This document shows, in pieces, positions 1 to 15,000 of a stretch of DNA of 64,000 bases. The position numbers and the translations under genes were made by a program. Numbering within the stretch: the stretch's first letter is position 1; each line of letters starts with the position of its first letter. Location of the stretch: assembly GCA_030390025.1 (NCBI GenBank), contig CM059431.1, positions 136,526,001 to 136,590,000 on the forward strand, in the 5' to 3' direction. This DNA comes from Squalus acanthias. Taxonomy: Eukaryota. The notes under the pieces are model-generated. The model was given only the letters and a program-made list of their open reading frames with translations, was not told the DNA's origin and did not search any database.

Positions 1-3000
1 AAATGGTGGATGAACTGTCTCTAACCGGGGACTGAAGAGTGAGACATGGAGAATGAACTGTCTCTAACCGGGGGCTGAAGAGCGAGACATGGAGAATGAA
101 TTGCCTCTAACCGGGGACTGAAGAGCGAGACATGGAGAATGAAATCTCTCTATCCGGCGACTGAAGAGTGAGACATGGAGAATGAACTGCCTCTATCCGG
201 GGAATGACGAGTGAGACATGGAGAATGAACTGCCTCCATCCGAGGACTGAAGAGTGTGATATGGAAAATGAACTGCCTCTAATCGGGGACAGAAGAGCGA
301 GACATGGAGAATGAAGTGTCTTTAACCGGGAACTGAAGAGTGAGACATGGAGAATGAACTGTTCTAAACGGGGACTGAGAAGTGAGACATGGAGAATGAA
401 CTGTCTCTAACCGGGGAATGAAGAGCAAGACATGGAGAATGAACTGCCTGAATCCGGGGAAAGAAGAGCGAGACATGGAGAATAAATTGTCTCGAACTGG
501 GGACTGAAGAGTGAGACATGGTGAACGAATTGTCTCTAACCGGGGAATGAAGCGCGAGATATGGAGAATGAACTGCCTCAAACTGGGGACTGAAGAGTGA
601 GATATGGCGAAAGAACTGTCTATAAATGAGGAATGAAGAGCGAGACATGGAGAATGAACTGCCTCTAACCGGGGATTGAAGAGCGAGACATGAAGAATGA
701 ACTTCCTCTAACTGCGGACTGAAGAGCAAGACATGGAGACGGAACTGCCTCTAACGGGGGAATGAAGAGTGAGATATGGAGAATGAACTGCCTCAAACTG
801 GGGACTGAAGTGTGAGATATGGAGAATGAACTGTCTCTAACTGAGGAATGAAGAGCGAGACATGGAGAATGAACTGCCCCTAACCGGGGAGTGAAGAGCG
901 AGACATGAAGAATGAACTTCCTCTAACAGCGGACTGAAGAGCAAGACTTGGAGAATGAACTGCCTCTAACCGGGGAATGAAGAGTGAGACATAGAGAATG
1001 AACTGTCTCTAACCGTGGACGGAAGAGTGAAAAATGGAGAATGAACTGTCTCTAACCGGGGACTGAAGAGTGAGACATGGAGAATGAACTGCCTCTAACC
1101 GGGGAATGAAGAGTGAGACTTGGAGAATGAACTGCCTCTAACCGCGGACTGAAGAGCAAGACATGGAGAATGAACTGTCTCTAACCGTGGATGGATGAGT
1201 GAAACATGGAGAATGAACTGTCTCTAGCCGGGGACTGAAGAGTGAGACATGGAGAATGAACTGTCTCTAACCGGGGGCTGAAGAGCGAAACATGGCAAAT
1301 GAACTGCCTCTGAACGGCGACTGAAGAGTGAGACATGCAGAATGAACATCCTTCAGCAAGGGAATGAAGAACTAGACATGGAGAATGAAGTGCCTCTGAA
1401 CGGGGACTGAAGAGTGAGACATTCAGAATGAATAGCCTTTTGCCAGGGAATAAAGAAATAGACATGGAGAATGAACTGTCTCTAACCGGGGACTGAAGAG
1501 CGAGACATCCAGGTTAAATTGCCTCTAATTGCGGACAGAGGTGCGAGAAATGGAGTATTTTCTGTCTCCAACTGGTGTCTGAAGAGTGAAACATGGAGAA
1601 CGAACTTCCTCTATGTGGTGACCGGAGAGCGTGACAAGTGAAATCAACTGTCTATGCGGGGAATGAAGACAGTGACATGGAGAATGAACTGTCTCGAACC
1701 GCGGACGGAAGAGTGAAAAATGGAGAATGAACTGTCTCTAAGCGGGGACTGAAGAGTGAGACACGGAGAATGAACTGCCTCTAACCGGGGAATGAAGAGT
1801 GAGACTTGGAGAATGAACTGAATCTAACCGCGTACTGAAGAGCAATACATGGAGAATGAACATTCTCTAACCGTGGATGGATGAGTGAAAAATGGAGAAT
1901 GAACTGTCTCTAACCGGGGACTGAAGAGTGAGACATGGAGAATGAACTGTCTCTAACCGGGGGCTGAAGAGCGAGACATGGAGAATGAACAGCCTCTGAA
2001 CGGGGACTGAAGAGTGAGACATGCTGAATGAACATCCTTCAGCTAGGGAATGAAGAACTAGACATGGAGAATGAACTGTCTCTAACAGGGGGCTGAAGAG
2101 TGAGAAACGGAGAATGAACTGTCTCTAACCGGGAAATGAAGTGCGAGACCTGAATAATGAACTGTCCCTAACCGGGGACTGAAGAATGAGACATGGAGAA
2201 TGAATGGTCTCTAACCGGGGACTGATGAGAGAGACATGGAGAATGAACTGTCTCCAACTGGGGAATGAAATGCAAGATATGTAGAATGAACTGTCTTTAA
2301 CTGGGGATTGAAGAGCGAGACATGGAAAATGAACTGTCTCTAACTGGGGACTGATGAGCGAGACATGGAAAATGAACTTCCTCAATCCGGGGAATGAAGA
2401 GCGAGAAATTGAGAATGAACTGTCTCTAACCGGGCACTGAAGAGCGAGACATGGAGGATGAATTGTCTCTTACTGGTGACTGAAGAGTAGGACATGGAGA
2501 TTGATCTGCCTCAATCTGGGGAATGAAGAGTGAGACGTGGAGACTGAACTGTCTCTAACCAGAACTGAAGAGCGAGACATGGGGAATGAACTGCCTCTAA
2601 CCGTAAACTGAAGAGCGAGACATGGGGAATGAACTGCCTCTAACCGTAAACTGAAGAGCGAGACATGAAGAATGAACTGCCTCTAACCGTGGACTGAAGA
2701 GTGAGACATGGAGAATGAACTGCCTCTAAACGGGGGCTGAAGAGTGAGATATGGAGAATGAACTGTCTCTAATCGTGGACTGAAGAGTGAGTCATGGAGA
2801 ATGAACTGTCTCAAACCGGGGACTGAAGAGTGAGACATGGAGAATGAACTGCCTCTAACCAGAGACTGAAGAGCGAGACATGGAGAATGAACTGCCTCTA
2901 ACCGGGGACTGAAGGGTGTGACATGGAGAATGAACTGTCTGTAACCGGGGACTGAGGAGTGAGACATGGAGAATGAACTGCCTCTAACCGGGGACTGAAG

Positions 3001-6000
3001 AGTGTGACATGGAGAATGAACTGCCTCTAACCAGAGACTGAAGAGTGAGAGATGGAGAATGAACTGCCTCTAACTGTGGACTGAAGAGTCAGACGTGGAG
3101 AATTAAATACCTCTAATCGGGGACTGAAGAGTGAGACATGGAGAATGACCTAACTCGAACCGGGGACTGAAGAGAGAGACATGGAGAAAGAACTGTCTCT
3201 AACTGGGGACTGAAGAGTGAGTCATGGAGAATGAACTGTCTCTAATCGGGGGCTGAAGTGTGAGACATGGAGAATGAACTGTCTCTAAATAGGGACTGAC
3301 GTGTGAGACATGGAGAATGAACTGCCTCTAACCGGGGACTGAAGAGTGTGACATGGAGAATGAACTGCCTCTAACCAGAGACTGAAGAGTGATACATGGA
3401 GAATGAACTGCATCTAACTGTGGACTGAAGAGTCAGACGTGGAGAATTAAATATCTCTAATCGGGGACTGAAGAGTGAGACATGGAGAATGACCTAACTC
3501 GAACCGGGGACTGAAGAGAGAGACATGGAGAAAGAACTGTCTCTAACTGGGGACTGAAGAGTGAGTCATGGAGAATGAATTGTCTCCAATCGGAGGCTGA
3601 AGTGTGAGACATGGAGAATGAACTGTCTCTAAATAGGGACTGACGAGTGAGACATGGAGAATTTACTGTCTCTAACCGGGGACTGAAGAGCGAGACATGG
3701 AGAATGAACTGTCTCTAACTGGGGACTGAATAGTGAGACATGGAGAATGAACTGTCTCTAACCGGGGACTGAAGAGTCGAACATGGAGAATGAACTGCCT
3801 CTAACTGGGGACTGAAGAGCGAGACATGGAGAATGAACTGCCTCTAACCGGGGACTGAAGAGCGAGACATGGAGAATGAACAGTCTCTAACTGGCGACTG
3901 AAGAGTGAGACATGGAGAATGAACTGTCTCTAAACGGGGAACTGAAGAGTTGAACATGGAGAATGAACTGCCTCTAAACGGGGACTGAAGAGCGAGACAT
4001 GGAGAATGAACTATCTCTAACTGGGGACTGAAGAGTGAGACATGGAGAATGAACTGCCTTTAACCAGGAATGAAGAGCGAGAGATGGAGAATGAAAAGCC
4101 TCTAACCGGGGACTGAAGAGCGAGACATGGAGAATGAACTGACTCTAACCGGGGACTGAGGAGCGAGACATGGAGAATGAACTGTCTCTACCGGGGACTG
4201 AAGAGCGAAACACGGAGAATGAACTGCCTCTAACTGGGGAATGAAGAGCGAGACATGGAGAATGAAATGTTTCTAACCGGCGACTGAAGAGTGAGACATG
4301 GAGAATGAACTGCCTCTAACCGGGGACTGAAGAGCGAGACATGGAGAATGAACTGCCTCTATCCGGGTAATGACGAGCGAGACATGGAGAATGAACTGCC
4401 TCTATCCGGGGACTGAAGAGTGCGATATGGAAAATGAACTGACTCTAATCAGTGACAGAACAGCGAGACATGGCGAATGAACTATCTCTAACCGGGGACT
4501 GAAGAGTGAGACATGGAGAATGAACTGCCTCTAACCGGGGACTGAAGAGCGAGACATGGAGAATGAACTGCCTCTATCCGGGTAATGACGAGCGAGACAT
4601 GGAGAATGAACTGCCTCTATCCGGGGACTGAAGAGTGCGATATGGAAAATGAACTGACTCTAATCAGTGACAGAACAGCGAGACATGGAGAATGAACTGT
4701 CTCTAACCGGGGACTGAAGAGTGAGACATGGAGAATGAACTGTCTCTAACCGGGGAATGAAGAGCAAGACATGGAGAATGAACTGCCTGAATCTGGGGAA
4801 AGAAGAGCGAGACATGGACAATGAATTGTCTCTAACCGGGGAATGAAGCGCAAGATATGGAGTTTGAACTGCCTCAAACTGGGGACTGAAGAGTGAGATA
4901 TGGAGAATGAACTGTCTCTAAATGTGGAATGAAGAGCGAGACATGGAGAATGAACTGCCTCTAACCGGGGAGTGAAGAGCGAGACATGAAGAATGAACTG
5001 CCTCTAACAGCGGACTTATGAGCAAGACATGGAAAATGAACTGCCTCTAACCGGAGAATGAAGAGTGATACATGGAGAATGAACTGCCTCTAACCGGGGA
5101 ATGAAGAGCAAGACATGGAGAATGAACTGTCTCTAACCGTGGATGGATGAGTGAAAAATGGTGGATGAACTGTCTCTAACCGGGGACTGAAGAGTGAGAC
5201 ATGGAGAATGAACTGTCTCTAACCGGGGGCTGAAGAGCGAGACATGGAGAATGAACTGCCTCTAACCGGGGACTGAAGAGCGAGACATGGAGAATGAAAT
5301 CTCTCTATCCGGCGACTGAAGAGTGAGACATGGAGAATGAACTGCCTCTATCCGGGGAATGACGAGTGAGACATGGAGAATGAACTGCCTCCATCCGAGG
5401 ACTGAAGAGTGTGATATGGAAAATGAACTGCCTCTAATCGGGGACAGAAGAGCGAGACATGGAGAATGAAGTGTCTTTAACCGGGAACTGAAGAGTGAGA
5501 CATGGAGAATGAACTGTTCTAAACGGGGACTGAAAAGTGAGACATGGAGAATGAACTGTCTCGAACCGGGGAATGAAGAGCAAGACATGGAGAATGAACT
5601 GCCTGAATCCGGGGAAAGAAGAGCGAGACATGGAGAATGAATTGTCTCGAACTGGGGACTGAAGAGTGAGACATGGTGAACGAATTGTCTCTAACCGGGG
5701 AATGAAGCGCGAGATATGGAGAATGAACTGCCTCAAACTGGGGACTGAAGTGTGAGATATGGAGAATGAACTGTCTCTAACTGAGGAATGAAGAGCGAGA
5801 CATGGAGAATGAACTGCCCCTAACCGGGGAGTGAAGAGCGAGACATGAAGAATGAACTTCCTCTAACAGCGGACTGAAGAGCAAGACTTGGAGAATGAAC
5901 TGCCTCTAACCGGGGAATGAAGAGTGAGACATAGAGAATGAACTGTCTCTAACCGTGGACGGAAGAGTGAAAAATGGAGAATGAACTGTCTCTAACCGGG

Positions 6001-9000
6001 GACTGAAGAGTGAGACATGGAGAATGAACTGCCTCTAACCGGGGAATGAAGAGTGAGACTTGGAGAATGAACTGCCTCTAACTGCGGACTGAAGAGCAAG
6101 ACATGGAGAATGAACTGTCTCTAACCGTGGATGGATGAGTGAAACATGGAGAATGAACTGTCTCTAGCCGGGGACTGAAGAGTGAGACATGGAGAATGAA
6201 CTGTCTCTAACCGGGGGCTGAAGAGCGAAACATGGCAAATGAACTGCCTCTGAACGGCGACTGAAGAGTGAGACATGCAGAATGAACATCCTTCAGCAAG
6301 GGAATGAAGAACTAGACATGGAGAATGAAGTGCCTCTGAACGGGGACTGAAGAGTGAGACATTCAGAATGAATAGCCTTTTGCCAGGGAATGAAGAAATA
6401 GACATGGAGAATGAACTGTCTCTAACCGGGGACTGAAGAGCGAGACATCCAGGTTAAATTGCCTCTAATTGCGGACAGAGGTGCGAGAAATGGAGTATTT
6501 TCTGTCTCCAACTGGTGTCTGAAGAGTGAAACATGGAGAACGAACTTCCTCTATGTGGTGACCGGAGAGCGTGACAAGTGAAATCAACTGTCTATGCGGG
6601 GAATGAAGACAGTGACATGGAGAATGAACTGTCTCGAACCGCGGACGGAAGAGTGAAAAATGGAGAATGAACTGTCTCTAAGCGGGGACTGAAGAGTGAG
6701 ACACGGAGAATGAACTGCCTCTAACCGGGGAATGAAGAGTGAGACTTGGAGAATGAACTGAATCTAACCGCGTACTGAAGAGCAATACATGGAGAATGAA
6801 CATTCTCTAACCGTGGATGGATGAGTGAAAAATGGAGAATGAACTGTCTCTAACCGGGGACTGAAGAGTGAGACATGGAGAATGAACTGTCTCTAACCGG
6901 GGGCTGAAGAGCGAGACATGGAGAATGAACAGCCTCTGAACGGGGACTGAAGAGTGAGACATGCTGAATGAACATCCTTCAGCTAGGGAATGAAGAACTA
7001 GACATGGAGAATGAACTGTCTCTAACAGGGGGCTGAAGAGTGAGAAACGGAGAATGAACTGTCTCTAACCGGGAAATGAAGTGCGAGACCTGAATAATGA
7101 ACTGTCCCTAACCGGGGACTGAAGAATGAGACATGGAGAATGAATGGTCTCTAACCGGGGACTGATGAGAGAGACATGGAGAATGAACTGTCTCCAACTG
7201 GGGAATGAAATGCAAGATATGTAGAATGAACTGTCTTTAACTGGGGATTGAAGAGCGAGACATGGAAAATGAACTGTCTCTAACTGGGGACTGATGAGCG
7301 AGACATGGAAAATGAACTTCCTCAATCCGGGGAATGAAGAGCGAGAAATTGAGAATGAACTGTCTCTAACCGGGCACTGAAGAGCGAGACATGGAGGATG
7401 AATTGTCTCTTACTGGTGACTGAAGAGTAGGACATGGAGATTGATCTGCCTCAATCTGGGGAATGAAGAGTGAGACGTGGAGACTGAACTGTCTCTAACC
7501 AGAACTGAAGAGCGAGACATGGGGAATGAACTGCCTCTAACCGTAAACTGAAGAGCGAGACATGGGGAATGAACTGCCTCTAACCGTAAACTGAAGAGCG
7601 AGACATGAAGAATGAACTGCCTCTAACCGTGGACTGAAGAGTGAGACATGGAGAATGAACTGCCTCTAAACGGGGGCTGAAGAGTGAGATATGGAGAATG
7701 AACTGTCTCTAATCGTGGACTGAAGAGTGAGTCATGGAGAATGAACTGTCTCAAACCGGGGACTGAAGAGTGAGACATGGAGAATGAACTGCCTCTAACC
7801 AGAGACTGAAGAGCGAGACATGGAGAATGAACTGCCTCTAACCGGGGACTGAAGGGTGTGACATGGAGAATGAACTGTCTGTAACCGGGGACTGAGGAGT
7901 GAGACATGGAGAATGAACTGCCTCTAACCGGGGACTGAAGAGTGTGACATGGAGAATGAACTGCCTCTAACCAGAGACTGAAGAGTGAGAGATGGAGAAT
8001 GAACTGCCTCTAACTGTGGACTGAAGAGTCAGACGTGGAGAATTAAATACCTCTAATCGGGGACTGAAGAGTGAGACATGGAGAATGACCTAACTCGAAC
8101 CGGGGACTGAAGAGAGAGACATGGAGAAAGAACTGTCTCTAACTGGGGACTGAAGAGTGAGTCATGGAGAATGAACTGTCTCTAATCGGGGGCTGAAGTG
8201 TGAGACATGGAGAATGAACTGTCTCTAAATAGGGACTGACGTGTGAGACATGGAGAATGAACTGCCTCTAACCGGGGACTGAAGAGTGTGACATGGAGAA
8301 TGAACTGCCTCTAACCAGAGACTGAAGAGTGATACATGGAGAATGAACTGCATCTAACTGTGGACTGAAGAGTCAGACGTGGAGAATTAAATATCTCTAA
8401 TCGGGGACTGAAGAGTGAGACATGGAGAATGACCTAACTCGAACCGGGGACTGAAGAGAGAGACATGGAGAAAGAACTGTCTCTAACTGGGGACTGAAGA
8501 GTGAGTCATGGAGAATGAATTGTCTCCAATCGGAGGCTGAAGTGTGAGACATGGAGAATGAACTGTCTCTAAATAGGGACTGATGAGTGAGACATGGAGA
8601 ATTTACTGTCTCTAACCGGGGATAGAAGAGCGAGACATGGAGAATGAATTGCCTCTAACCGGGGACTGTAGAGTGAGACATGGAGAATGAACTGTCTCTA
8701 ACCGGGGACTGAAGAGTGAGTCATGGAGAATTACCTAACTCCAACCGGGGACTGAAGAGAGAGACATGGAGAATGAACTGTCTCTAACTGGGGACTGAAG
8801 AGTGAGACATGGAGAATGAACTGTCTCTAATCGGGGACTGAAGATTGAGACATGGAGAATGAACTGCCTCTCACCGGGGACTGAAGAATGAGTCATAGAG
8901 AATGAATTGCCTCAAACAGTAAACTGACGACCGAGACATGGAGAATGAACTGCCTCTAACAAGGGACTGAAGAGTGAGACATGGAGAATGAACTGCCTCT

Positions 9001-12000
9001 AACTGTGGAATGAAGAGCGAGACATTGAGAATGAAATGTCTCGATCCGGGGACTGAAGAGCGAGACATGGATAATTAAATGCCTCTAAATAGGGACTGAT
9101 GACTGAGACATGGAGAATGAACTGTCTCTAATCGGGACTGAATTGTGAAACATGGAGAATGAACTGTCTCTAAATAGGGACTGACGAGTGAGACATGGAG
9201 AATGAACTGTCTCTAACCGGGGATGAAAGAGTGAGAAATGGAGAATTAAATGTCTCTAACCGGGGATAGAAGAGTGAGACATGGAGAATTAAATGTCTCT
9301 AAATAGGGACTGACGAGTGAGACATGGAGAATGAACTGTCTCTAACCGGGGATAGAAGAGTGAGAAATGGAGAATTAAATGTCTCTAACCGGGGATAGAA
9401 GAGTGAGACATGGATAATTAAATGTCTCTAACCGGGGATAGAAGAGTGAGACATGGAGAATGAAATGTCTCTAATCGAGGGCTTTGCGAGTGAGACATGG
9501 AGAATGAACTGCCTCTAACTGGGGCTGAAGTGTCAGACATGGAGAATTAATTGTCTCGAACCGGGGAATGAAGAGTGAGACATGGAGAATGAACTGTCTC
9601 TAATCGGGGACTGCAGAGTGAGACATGGAGAATGACCTGTCTCGAACCGGTGACTGAAGAGAGAGACACGAAGAATGAACTGTCTGGAACTGGGGACTGA
9701 AGAGTGAGTCATGGAGAATGAACTGCCTCTATACCGGGGACTGAAGAGTGAGACATGGAGAATGACATGTCTCGAACCGGGGACTGAAGAGTGAGACATG
9801 GAGAATGAACTGCCTCTATACCGGGGACTGAAGAGTGAGACATGGAGAGTGAACTGTCTCGAACCGGGGACTGAAGAGTGAGACATGGAGAATGAACTGT
9901 CTCTAATCGGGGGCTGAAGAGCGAGACATGGAGAATGAACTGCCTCTAACCGGGGACTGAAGAGTGAGACATGGAGAATGAACTGTCTCTAATCGGGGGC
10001 TGAAGAGCGAGACATGGAGAATGAACTGCCTCCAACCGGGGACTGAAGAGTCAGACATGGAGAATTAAATGTCTCTAAATAGGGACTGACGAGTGAGACA
10101 TTGAGTATGAACTGTCTCTAATCGGGGGCTGAAGAGCGAGACATGGAGAATGAACTGTCTCTAATCGGGAACTGAAGAGTGAGACATGGTGAATGAACTG
10201 TCTCTAATCGGGGACTGAAGAGTGAGACATGGAGAATGAACTGTCTCTAATCGGGGACTGAAGAGTGAGACATGAAGATTGAACTGTCTCTAACTGGGGA
10301 CTGAAGATTGAGTCATGAAGAATGAACTGGCGCTAACCGTGGACAGAAGAGTGATACATGGAGAATGAACTGTCTCGAACCGGGGACTGAAGAGTGAGAC
10401 ATGGAGTATGAACTGTCTCTAACCGTGGACGGAGGAGCGAGAAATGGTGAATTAACAGGCTCCACCCAGGGATTAGAGAAAGAGACATGTTGAATGAACT
10501 GCCTTTAAACGAGGAGAATGATAAATGGAGAATGAACTGCCGCAAGCAGGGAAACAAAGAGAGAGACATGGAATATGAACTGTCAGTAACCAGGAACAGA
10601 AGAGCGAGGCATACAGTTTAAGCTCCCTCTAACCGGGGACTGAAGAGCGAGACATGGAGAATGAACTGTCTCTAACCGGGGACTGAAGAGTGAGACATGG
10701 AGAATGAACTGCCTCTAACTGGGGACTGAAGAGTCAGACATGGAGAATTAAATATCTCTAATCGGGGACTGAAGAGTGAGACATGGAGAATGACCTAACT
10801 CGAACCGGGGACTGAAGAGAGAGACATGGAGAAAGAACTGTCTCTAACTGGGGACAGAAGAGTGAGTCATGGAGTATGAACTGTCTCTAATCGGGGGCTG
10901 AAGTGTGAGACATGGAGAATGAACTGTCTCTAAATAGGGACTGACGAGTGAGACATGGAGAATGAACTGTCTCTAACCGGGGATAGAAGAGTGAGACATG
11001 GTGAATTAAATGTCTCTAAATAGGGACTGACGAGTGAGACATGGAGAATGAACTGTCTCTAACCGGGGAATGAAGAGTGAGACATGGAGAATGAACTGCC
11101 TCTAACCGGGGAATGAAGAGCAAGACATGGAGAATGAACTGTCTCTAACCGGGGATGGATGAGTGAAAAATGGTGGATGAACTGTCTCTAACCGGGGACT
11201 GAAGAGTGAGACATGGAGAATGAACTGTCTCTAACCGGGGGCTGAAGAGCGAGACATGGAGAATGAACTGCCTCTGAACGTGGACTGAAGAGTGAGACAT
11301 GCAGAATGAACATCCTTCAGCCAGGGAATGAAGAACTAGACATGAAGAATGAACTGCCTCTGAACGGGGACTGAAGAGTGAGACATTCAGAATGAATAGC
11401 CTTTAGCCAGGGAATGAAGAAATAGACATGGAGAATGGACTGCCTCTAACCGGGGACTGAAGAGCGAGACATGAAGATGAACTGCCTCTAACTGGGGACT
11501 GAAGAGCGAGACATGGAGAATGAACTGCCTCCAACCGGGGACTGAAGAGAGAGACATGGACAATGAACTGTGTCTAACCGGGGACTGAAGAGCGAGACAT
11601 GAAGAATGAACTGCCTCTAACCGGGGACTGAAGAGCGAGACATGGAGAATGAACTGCCTCTAACCGGGGAGTAAAGAGCGAGACATGAAGAATGAAGTGG
11701 CCGCTAACAGCGGACTTATGAGCAAGACATGGAGAATGAACTGCCTCTAACCGCGGACTGAAGAGCAAGGCATGGAGAATGAACTGTCTCTAACCGTGGA
11801 CGGATGAGTGAAAAATGGAGAATGAACTGTCTCTAACCGGCGACTGAAGAGTGAGACATGGAGAATGAACAGCCTCTGAACAGGGACTGAAGAGTGAGAC
11901 ATGCAGAATGAACATCCTTCAGCCAGGGACAGAAGAACTAGACATGGAGAATGAACTGCCTCTGAACGGGGACTGAAGAGTGAGACATTCAGAATGAATA

Positions 12001-15000
12001 GGCTTTAGCCAGGGAATGAAGAAATAGACATGGAGAATGAACTGTGTCTAACCAGGGACTGAAGAGCGAGATATGGAGAATGAACTGCCTCTAACCTGGG
12101 ACTGAAGAGCGAGACATGAAGAATGAACTGCCTCTAACCGGGGTCTGAAGAGTGAGACATGGAGAAAGAACTGTCTCTAACTGGGAATGAAGAGCGGGAC
12201 ATGGAGAATGAACTGTCTCTAACTGGGGAATGAAGAGTGAGACATGAATAATGAACTGCTTCTAACCGGAGACTGAAGAGCGCGACATGGAGAATGAACA
12301 GCCCCGAACTGGGGACTGAAGACCGAGACATGGAGAATGAACTGTCTCTAACTGTTGATTGAAGAGTGTGACATGGAGAATGAACTGCCACAAACCGGGG
12401 ACTGAAGAGCGAGACATGGAGAATGATGTGCCTCCAACCGGGGACTGAAGAGCGACACATGGAGAATGAACTGCCTCGAACCGGGGAATGAAGATCAAGA
12501 CATGGAGAATGAACTGCCTCTAACCGTGGACGAATGAGTGAAAGATGGAGAATGAACTCTCTCTAACATGGGACTGAAGAGTGAGACATGGAGAATGAAC
12601 TGTCTCTAACCGGGGGCTGAAGAGCGAGACATGGAGAATGAATTGACTCTTACTGGTGACTGAAGAGTAAGACATGGAGAATGATCTGCCTCAATCCCGG
12701 GAATGAAGAGTGAGACATGGAGACTGAACTGTCTCTAACCGGGAACTGAAGAGCGAGACATGGAGAACGAACTGCATCTAACCGTATACTGAAGAGCGAG
12801 ACATGGAGAATGAACTGCCTCTAACCGTATACTGAAGAGCGAGACATGGAGAATGAACTGCCTCTAACCATAAACAGATGAGCGAGACATGGAGAATGAA
12901 TTGTCTTTAACCGGTGGCTGAAGAGAGAGACATGGAGAATGAACTGCCTTTAACCAGGAATGAAGAGCGAGAGATGGAGAATGAAAAGCCTCTAACCGGG
13001 GACTGAAGAGCGAGACATGGAGAATGAACTGACTCTAACCGGGGACTGAGGAGCGAGACATGGAGAATGAACTGTCTCTACCGGGGACTGAAGAGCGAAA
13101 CACGGAGAATAAACTGCCTCTAACTGGGGAATGAAGAGCGAGACATGGAGAATGAAATGTTTCTAACCGGCGACTGAAGAGTGAGACATGGAGAATGAAC
13201 TGCCTCTAACCGGGGACTGAAGAGCGAGACATGGAGAATGAACTGCCTCTATCCGGGTAATGACGAGCGAGACATGGAGAATGAACTGCCTCTATCCGGG
13301 GACTGAAGAGTGCGATATGGAAAATGAACTGACTCTAATCAGTGACAGAACAGCGAGACATGGCGAATGAACTGTCTCTAACCGGGGACTGAAGAGTGAG
13401 ACATGGAGAATGAACTGCCTCTAACCGGGGACTGAAGAGCGAGACATGGAGAATGAACTGCCTCTATCCGGGTAATGACGAGCGAGACATGGAGAATGAA
13501 CTGCCTCTATCCGGGGACTGAAGAGTGCGATATGGAAAATGAACTGACTCTAATCAGTGACAGAACAGCGAGACATGGAGAATGAACTGTCTCTAACCGG
13601 GGACTGAAGAGTGAGACATGGAGAATGAACTGTCTCTAACCGGGGAATGAAGAACAAGACATGGAGAATGAACTGCCTGAATCCGGGGAAAGAAGAGCGA
13701 GACATGGACAATGAATTGTCTCTAACCGGGGAATGAAGCGCAAGATATGGAGAATGAACTGCCTCAAACTGGGGACTGAAGAGTGAGATATGGAGAATGA
13801 ACTGTCTCTAAATGTGGAATGAAGAGCGAGACATGGAGAATGAACTGCCTCTAACCGGGGAGTGAAGAGCGAGACATGAAGAATGAACTGCCTCTAACAG
13901 CGGACTTATGAGCAAGACATGGAAAATGAACTGCCTCTAACCGGAGAATGAAGAGTGATACATGGAGAATGAACTGCCTCTAACCGGGGAATGAAGAGCA
14001 AGACATGGAGAATGAACTGTCTCTAACCGTGGATGGATGAGTGAAAAATGGTGGATGAACTGTCTCTAACCGGGGACTGAAGAGTGAGACATGGAGAATG
14101 AACTGTCTCTAACCGGGGGCTGAAGAGCGAGACATGGAGAATGAATTGCCTCTAACCGGGGACTGAAGAGCGAGACATGGAGAATGAAATCTCTCTATCC
14201 GGCGACTGAAGAGTGAGACATGGAGAATGAACTGCCTCTATCCGGGGAATGACGAGTGAGACATGGAGAATGAACTGCCTCCATCCGAGGACTGAAGAGT
14301 GTGATATGGAAAATGAACTGCCTCTAATCGGGGACAGAAGAGCGAGACATGGAGAATGAAGTGTCTTTAACCGGGAACTGAAGAGTGAGACATGGAGAAT
14401 GAACTGTTCTAAACGGGGACTGAAAAGTGAGACATGGAGAATGAACTGTCTCTAACCGGGGAATGAAGAGCAAGACATGGAGAATGAACTGCCTGAATCC
14501 GGGGAAAGAAGAGCGAGACATGGAGAATGAATTGTCTCGAACTGGGGACTGAAGAGTGAGACATGGTGAACGAATTGTCTCTAACCGGGGAATGAAGCGC
14601 GAGATATGGAGAATGAACTGCCTCAAACTGGGGACTGAAGAGTGAGATATGGCGAAAGAACTGTCTATAAATGAGGAATGAAGAGCGAGACATGGAGAAT
14701 GAACTGCCTCTAACCGGGGATTGAAGAGCGAGACATGAAGAATGAACTTCCTCTAACTGCGGACTGAAGAGCAAGACATGGAGACGGAACTGCCTCTAAC
14801 GGGGGAATGAAGAGTGAGATATGGAGAATGAACTGCCTCAAACTGGGGACTGAAGTGTGAGATATGGAGAATGAACTGTCTCTAACTGAGGAATGAAGAG
14901 CGAGACATGGAGAATGAACTGCCCCTAACCGGGGAGTGAAGAGCGAGACATGAAGAATGAACTTCCTCTAACAGCGGACTGAAGAGCAAGACTTGGAGAA

